This document shows, piece after piece, positions 27,749-32,000 of a DNA stretch of 32,000 bases (the first letter of the stretch is position 1; each line of letters starts with the position of its first letter). A model generated the notes under the pieces. It ran no database searches. It saw only the letters and a program-made list of their open reading frames with translations, and was not told the origin of the DNA. Source of the stretch: Candidatus Harpocratesius repetitus. Lineage in GTDB: Archaea; Asgardarchaeota; Lokiarchaeia; Sigyniarchaeales; Promethearchaeaceae. The stretch is from positions 2,640,001-2,672,000 of the forward strand of contig JAIZWK010000001.1 in assembly GCA_021498095.1 (NCBI GenBank). Reading direction: 5' to 3'. Position numbers and translations under genes: made by a program.

Positions 27749-28471
27749 CTAATATTCATATCCTGGTGAATGGAAAAATCCTTCATCTGGTCTTTTCTTA
27801 TCATCTTCATCTAATAACTCATTACGTCGTGCAGCAGCAGGATCATTTCCAACATCAGCTTCAATATATGAAGCTTTCATTATCTTCTTGTAATATTTTC
27901 GTCCTTGATGTAGGTAATAAATATTTTTCAAGTCTCGAAGGGAAATATAACCCCAAAAAGAGAATGGAAGTAAGAAAAAGAGGAAACCAAGCCATTGAAA
28001 GTTAAAAAGTGAAAAAAGATAAGTTGTGAGAAAATAAATTGAAGTAATTAAACTTATAATAAAAAGTATCAATCGTCGTTTTGAATTTCGTTCATATGTA
28101 TTATTTTCTAATGAATTATAACATGAGCAACAAATAACAGGCATAGTTACTCCAAATTTCTCCTTATAGTAAAGACTCATTAAAATTGAAAAGATACGAT
28201 CGATTTTCGCGCCGCAAAGTTGGCACCTTATTCGTAGAGAATTGCGATCTTGTTCTATTTTATCAATTTCTGATTTAGGAAAATAACAATCATCATTATG
28301 ATAATGCTCACAGTGATTGCAATGAAGCATTTTCTCAAATTCATGCGGAAATCGTTTTTTAAGATTTGATTCAATTATTTTATTATAATCGGTTTGTTGG
28401 GTACAATATGGAATTCCATCATCATCAATCGTCCATTCAGGATAAATAATGGAATCATTAGCATCTTTCAT
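27749..28471 (-). CDS. Cys/His-rich putative zinc-binding protein with two C-terminal TM helices
   Basis: CNHCEHYHNDDC, CQLCG and CCSC, then two hydrophobic helices and an acidic tail. Confidence 0.78.
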   Translation of the reverse strand: MKDANDSIIYPEWTIDDDGIPYCTQQTDYNKIIESNLKKRFPHEFEKMLHCNHCEHYHNDDCYFPKSEIDKIEQDRNSLRIRCQLCGAKIDRIFSILMSLYYKEKFGVTMPVICCSCYNSLENNTYERNSKRRLILFIISLITSIYFLTTYLFSLFNFQWLGFLFFLLPFSFWGYISLRDLKNIYYLHQGRKYYKKIMKASYIEADVGNDPAAARRNELLDEDDKKRPDEGFFHSPGYEY

Positions 28472-28665
28472 AGATATATCGATTTCATTTTCTAAATCTT
28501 CCTTTCTTAAAATATTATCCTTGTAATGGACTATTTTTTTCCCCCCAACTTATAATATTTATAAAATTGCGAATTTTTCTAACTAAATTAAAGAATTCTT
28601 TTATAAATAAACTTCTCCTTATATTTTTAAAAAAGGATGAAAAATATTAAAAAAAAGATAAAATA

Positions 28666-28755
28666 CTGCACAGATAATTCAACCAGATTTTACAATCCAT
28701 CCGATGCATCCCATACTTTTTGATGCACCATCATCTTTTGGTTAAAGTAGTGCAT
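28666..28755 (-). promoter_or_regulatory. Eukaryote-like SECIS element in the 3' UTR (core 28698-28734)
   Basis: Minus strand reads AUGAU-GGUGCAUC-AAAAAGUAUGG-GAUGCAUC-GGAUG: a UGAU/GGAU quartet with tandem G.A/A.G pairs, an 8-bp helix and an A-rich apical loop. Lower helices are UUUAACCA/UGGUUGAA and UGCAC/GUGCA. A U8 tract follows at 28649-28656. Confidence 0.85.
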
Positions 28756-28765
28756 TGATGAGATT

Positions 28766-29080
28766 TTAGTAAGTCAAAGAGAGAAATTTATACATTCCCC
28801 TTTTCTCCATATCTATGGTGGCTTTTTCTACCAAAGTTTTCATTTCTTTATCCAAATAGATTGGAAATGGAGCATCTGAAAGAGGATATGGAATAAAATC
28901 CGCTTTCCCCCAATGAAGTTCCGTATTTGAATGAAAGGGATATTCTTGAATTTTCACTTTGACGTCTCTTTGAATACCTCATCAACCTTTAGAACGCGCA
29001 TAGTAAACCAACAATGTAGGATTATCATAGTTTTTTTTGCGACGTTCAAGAAATTCCTTTGCTTGATCAGATATCTTCAT
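28766..29080 (-). CDS. HesB/IscA-like selenoprotein with two adjacent in-frame UGA codons (predicted G-U-U-G), 104 aa
   Basis: GGAGG RBS, ATG at 29080, then MKISDQAKEFLERRKKNYDNPTLLVYYARSKG-TGA-TGA-GIQRDVKVKIQ...PIYLDKEMKTLVEKATID...TY-TAA. The UGAs are at 28984-28982 and 28981-28979. Both halves resemble the HesB/IscA fold, and a SECIS lies downstream. Confidence 0.85.
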
Positions 29081-29547
29081 ATTAATCCTCCATTTTAATT
29101 TTAAGATGCGATCGTATTTGAAGATTTAGGTCTAAAACGCTTGAATTATTGTAGTTTTAATCAGAATTTGAAATTCTCGTCATTAACGCTCATTATGATG
29201 AAAAATCTATGATAATTTGCAATACTTGCAACTTAATTTCTTCCTATAACGAGATGAGAAAACTGGTTCTCATTTTGAAAGATTTCAAAATAATATGAAT
29301 GAAGGTAAAATAAAAAAAAAAAGTTAATTTAATTGAACAAAATCTTGATAATGATAATGATAATTTTTTACTGATCAAATTTGATCAACCACTATCATTG
29401 GTGGTTAAATTAATAATAGATTGAAAGTTTATAATGTTTTGGAAAATATTTGAAGAGATTACGATTGAAACAAGCCAAATATTCACTGATTTGGCTATTT
29501 CAAAGAAATGGAATGAAAAAAAATATTAAAATTTCGGAAATATTATG

Positions 29548-29691
29548 CTATCCATCAAATCCTTCTTCATTTTCTTCGTCCTGCTGCGTAGTAATCAGAA
29601 TAACTTCAGATTTTTTGGTATTCTCAGTATTTATTTCGCCAGAAACAGTTAGTTCTTTTTTTTGGATTGTGCATCCCCCATGATAATCAAA
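29548..29691 (-). CDS. Possible small acidic protein (MFDYHGGCTIQ...DEENEEGFDG)
   Basis: Composition is protein-like, but there is no RBS or recognised motif. Confidence 0.25.
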   Translation of the reverse strand, partial: FDYHGGCTIQKKELTVSGEINTENTKKSEVILITTQQDEENEEGFDG

Positions 29692-29890
29692 CATTTGATA
29701 GAGAAGGGGATATTTAAGGGTTGCATGGTTTTGATTTGATCGATTATTGATCTTCCTATAAATTACATTTTGAAAAATCAACAAAACATAAAAAAAGGAA
29801 AAATTTACTTAACTGCAATAAGTAACTAAATCTCTTGTAAAATTGCTTAATATTCAAAAATTTTTTGCTGTTGATAAGTTTTTAATATAT

Positions 29891-31969
29891 CTATCTAATC
29901 AATGAACCATTAGGAATTCCATTCTCAGGACGAACTAACGTAGTTCCTTTCTTTTTAAGATCTACAGCTAATAACATTCCATGAGAAGTGATTCCTCTAA
30001 TTTTTTTAGGTGCTAAATTGGAAAGAACAACAATTTGGGTGCCAATTAATTCTTCAGCTTTATAGGTTTTTCCAATACCTGCAACTATTGTTCGAAGGGA
30101 TTCTTCACCTAAATCGACTTGAAGTTTTATTAAATGAGATGTATCAGGAACTTTTTCAGCATCAACAATCGTGCCTGTTCGAAGATCTAATTTGGAAAAA
30201 TCTTTATAATCAATTACAGGTTTTGCTGAAGATGATGCCTTATTTTCCGAAGAGGATTGAACTCCATGAATTGTATCTAATTTAGTTTGTAGTTCTTTAA
30301 TATCCAATTTTTGAAATAATGGTTTTGCTGGTGGAATTTTCCTACCTGCTTCAACTTTTAATTCTGAGGCTGAATCCCAAGAAATTGATTTAATTGATTC
30401 CTTACTTCCCAAAGCTTGAAGGATTTTTTCTCCAATATTAGGAATAAATGGAGAAAGAAGAATTGATAGAGTTCGAACCATTTGTGCAGCTAAATAAAAG
30501 GTGTGTCCTGCTTTTGTTTTATCTGTCTTGATTATTTTCCAAGGTGCTTTATTGTTAATATAGACATTTCCTACGCGCGCAATCTTAATTATTTCGTTCA
30601 GTGCTTCCTTCAAGTGAAAATGTTCTAAAAGATCTCCAACCTTACTTGGTGCAGATTTGATAGTATCAATTAAAATCTGATCTTCTTCATCAATATCTTC
30701 TGAATTGGGGCCATCTGGGATTTGTGAATCATATCGTTTGGTAATAAAGGATAAAGTGCGGTGTATGAAGTTTCCTATAATATCGTTAAGTTCAAGAACA
30801 TCATTTCCAAATTGACTCCATAAAAAGTTAGAATCTTGTTTTTCAGGACGATTTCTGAGTAGAGAATAACGCCAATATTCGACTGGGGCAATTTCTAGCG
30901 CTTCATTTATCCAAATTCCAACCTTACGTGATTTTGAAAACTTCTGATTTTCATAATTCAAAAATTCAGTGGAAGAGACATTAAATGGCATTGTAAACTG
31001 CTCTTCTGGAGGTAAATCTTTGTTATATGCTACTAACAAACCTGGAAAGATAATTAAATGGAAAATGATATTGTCTTTTCCAATAAAATAAACAGAACGA
31101 GTGTCTGGATCATGCCAAAATTTATCGAACAAGGTGGAATCTTTTTTAATTTCTTCCGCCCATTCTTTTACTGCTGATATATAACCAAGTACTGCCTCAA
31201 ACCAAACATAGATGCTTTTATCTTTAGCATCTTTAAAGGGTGCAGGAATTCCCCATTCTAAATCGCGTGTAATTGCTCGGCTTGGTAACCCTTCTTTTAG
31301 AAAGTTTAAAGACATTGTACGCGCATTAGCAGGAATATATTTGTTATTTTCAACAAAATTACGGATTCCATCTTCACATTTATTAAAATCTAAATACCAA
31401 TGAGTAGTTTCACGTTTTATTGGTGTCTTATGGCAATGTTTGCATTTGGGATCAATTAAATCTTCAGGTTCCAGAAGTTTTCCACAAGCATCGCATTGAT
31501 CACCTCGAGCATATTCAGAACCACAGTGTGGGCATATTCCAACGACGAATCTATCAGGCAAATAAAGTTTATCATGTTCGCAATAAAATACCTCTTGCGT
31601 CTTTGTCGAGACGAATCCATTCTTTTCTACTTGTCGATAAAAATCTTGAGTAAACTTAATATGGATAGGGTTATGTGTCTGAGTGTAATTATCATATGAA
31701 ATTTGCCATTTTTCAAAAAGATCTTTGATGATTTGGTGATTTTTTTGTGCAAGTTTTTCTGGCGTAGTGTTTTGTTCAATTGCAGAAACAGCTACTGGTG
31801 TTCCATGCACATCAGAACCAGACACAAAAACCACATCATCTCCTTTTAAGCGACAATAACGGGCAAAAACATCACTGGAAAGAACCGAACCAATCAAATT
31901 GCCAAGATGAGGGATTGCATTTACGTAAGGCCAGGCTGATGTGATCACCCATTTGCGTTTTTTACTCAT
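29891..31969 (-). CDS. metG: Methionine--tRNA ligase (archaeal type, with C-terminal tRNA-binding domain)
   Basis: PYVNAIPHLGN (HIGH), GSDVHG, zinc knuckle CPHC/CDAC/CKHC, YVWFEA, KFSKS (KMSKS) and a C-terminal OB domain DLRTGTIV...SHGMLLA. Confidence 0.98.
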   Translation of the reverse strand: MSKKRKWVITSAWPYVNAIPHLGNLIGSVLSSDVFARYCRLKGDDVVFVSGSDVHGTPVAVSAIEQNTTPEKLAQKNHQIIKDLFEKWQISYDNYTQTHNPIHIKFTQDFYRQVEKNGFVSTKTQEVFYCEHDKLYLPDRFVVGICPHCGSEYARGDQCDACGKLLEPEDLIDPKCKHCHKTPIKRETTHWYLDFNKCEDGIRNFVENNKYIPANARTMSLNFLKEGLPSRAITRDLEWGIPAPFKDAKDKSIYVWFEAVLGYISAVKEWAEEIKKDSTLFDKFWHDPDTRSVYFIGKDNIIFHLIIFPGLLVAYNKDLPPEEQFTMPFNVSSTEFLNYENQKFSKSRKVGIWINEALEIAPVEYWRYSLLRNRPEKQDSNFLWSQFGNDVLELNDIIGNFIHRTLSFITKRYDSQIPDGPNSEDIDEEDQILIDTIKSAPSKVGDLLEHFHLKEALNEIIKIARVGNVYINNKAPWKIIKTDKTKAGHTFYLAAQMVRTLSILLSPFIPNIGEKILQALGSKESIKSISWDSASELKVEAGRKIPPAKPLFQKLDIKELQTKLDTIHGVQSSSENKASSSAKPVIDYKDFSKLDLRTGTIVDAEKVPDTSHLIKLQVDLGEESLRTIVAGIGKTYKAEELIGTQIVVLSNLAPKKIRGITSHGMLLAVDLKKKGTTLVRPENGIPNGSLIR

Positions 31970-32000
31970 ATCACTAAATATTGAAGCGCTATTTTCAAAT

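Noticed and set aside
28766-28957. 63-aa ORF with GTG start as given in the track
   Set aside because: It is the C-terminal part of the longer UGA-UGA gene; the ATG at 29080 has a clear GGAGG RBS and supplies the N-terminal half of the fold.
29380-29550. Pyrrolysine-type readthrough of the TAG at 29548-29550 (frame stays open downstream)
   Set aside because: The downstream peptide is low-complexity and rich in Phe/Ile/Ser, as expected by chance in AT-rich DNA; no recognisable family.
495-31699. Short overlapping ORFs in the track (495, 2056, 3759, 4959, 6194, 7433, 13724, 14847, 15258, 15666, 15983, 19405, 21225, 21497, 24062, 24914, 27350, 27766, 29450, 30010, 31212, 31420, 31496)
   Set aside because: They are antisense or out-of-frame shadows of well-supported genes, with no motifs.

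Overview
AT-rich archaeal DNA, most consistent with an Asgard archaeon (Lokiarchaeia-like). This assignment is inferred from an archaeal UPF0147 gene, an archaeal-type MetRS, longin-like, TPR and LRR proteins, and a eukaryote-type SECIS. The window holds housekeeping and metabolic genes (metG, amidohydrolase, ABC-2 exporter operon with a wHTH regulator, VapBC, cold-shock protein, GH2- and GH38-like proteins, and an isochorismatase/TrxR-like/radical-SAM cluster), several candidate eukaryotic-signature proteins (UBL-LRR fusion, longin-like, TPR-uDENN-like, PH-like), a decayed IS607-type locus, and several short tandem arrays. The strongest signal is missed by the ORF track. A 104-codon HesB/IscA-like gene on the minus strand (29080..28766, GGAGG RBS) has two adjacent in-frame UGA codons (G-UGA-UGA-G) at the family's cysteine position. 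A eukaryote-like SECIS hairpin (AUGA...AAAAA...GA) begins 32 nt after its stop, so it is a predicted Sec-Sec (G-U-U-G) selenoprotein. The second signal is an IS607 serine recombinase with an internal TAA, followed by an unexplained open frame and a decayed TnpB/Cas12-like nuclease whose zinc-finger segment is replaced by a 107-residue insert. All family assignments come from motif recognition by eye; no database searches were run.
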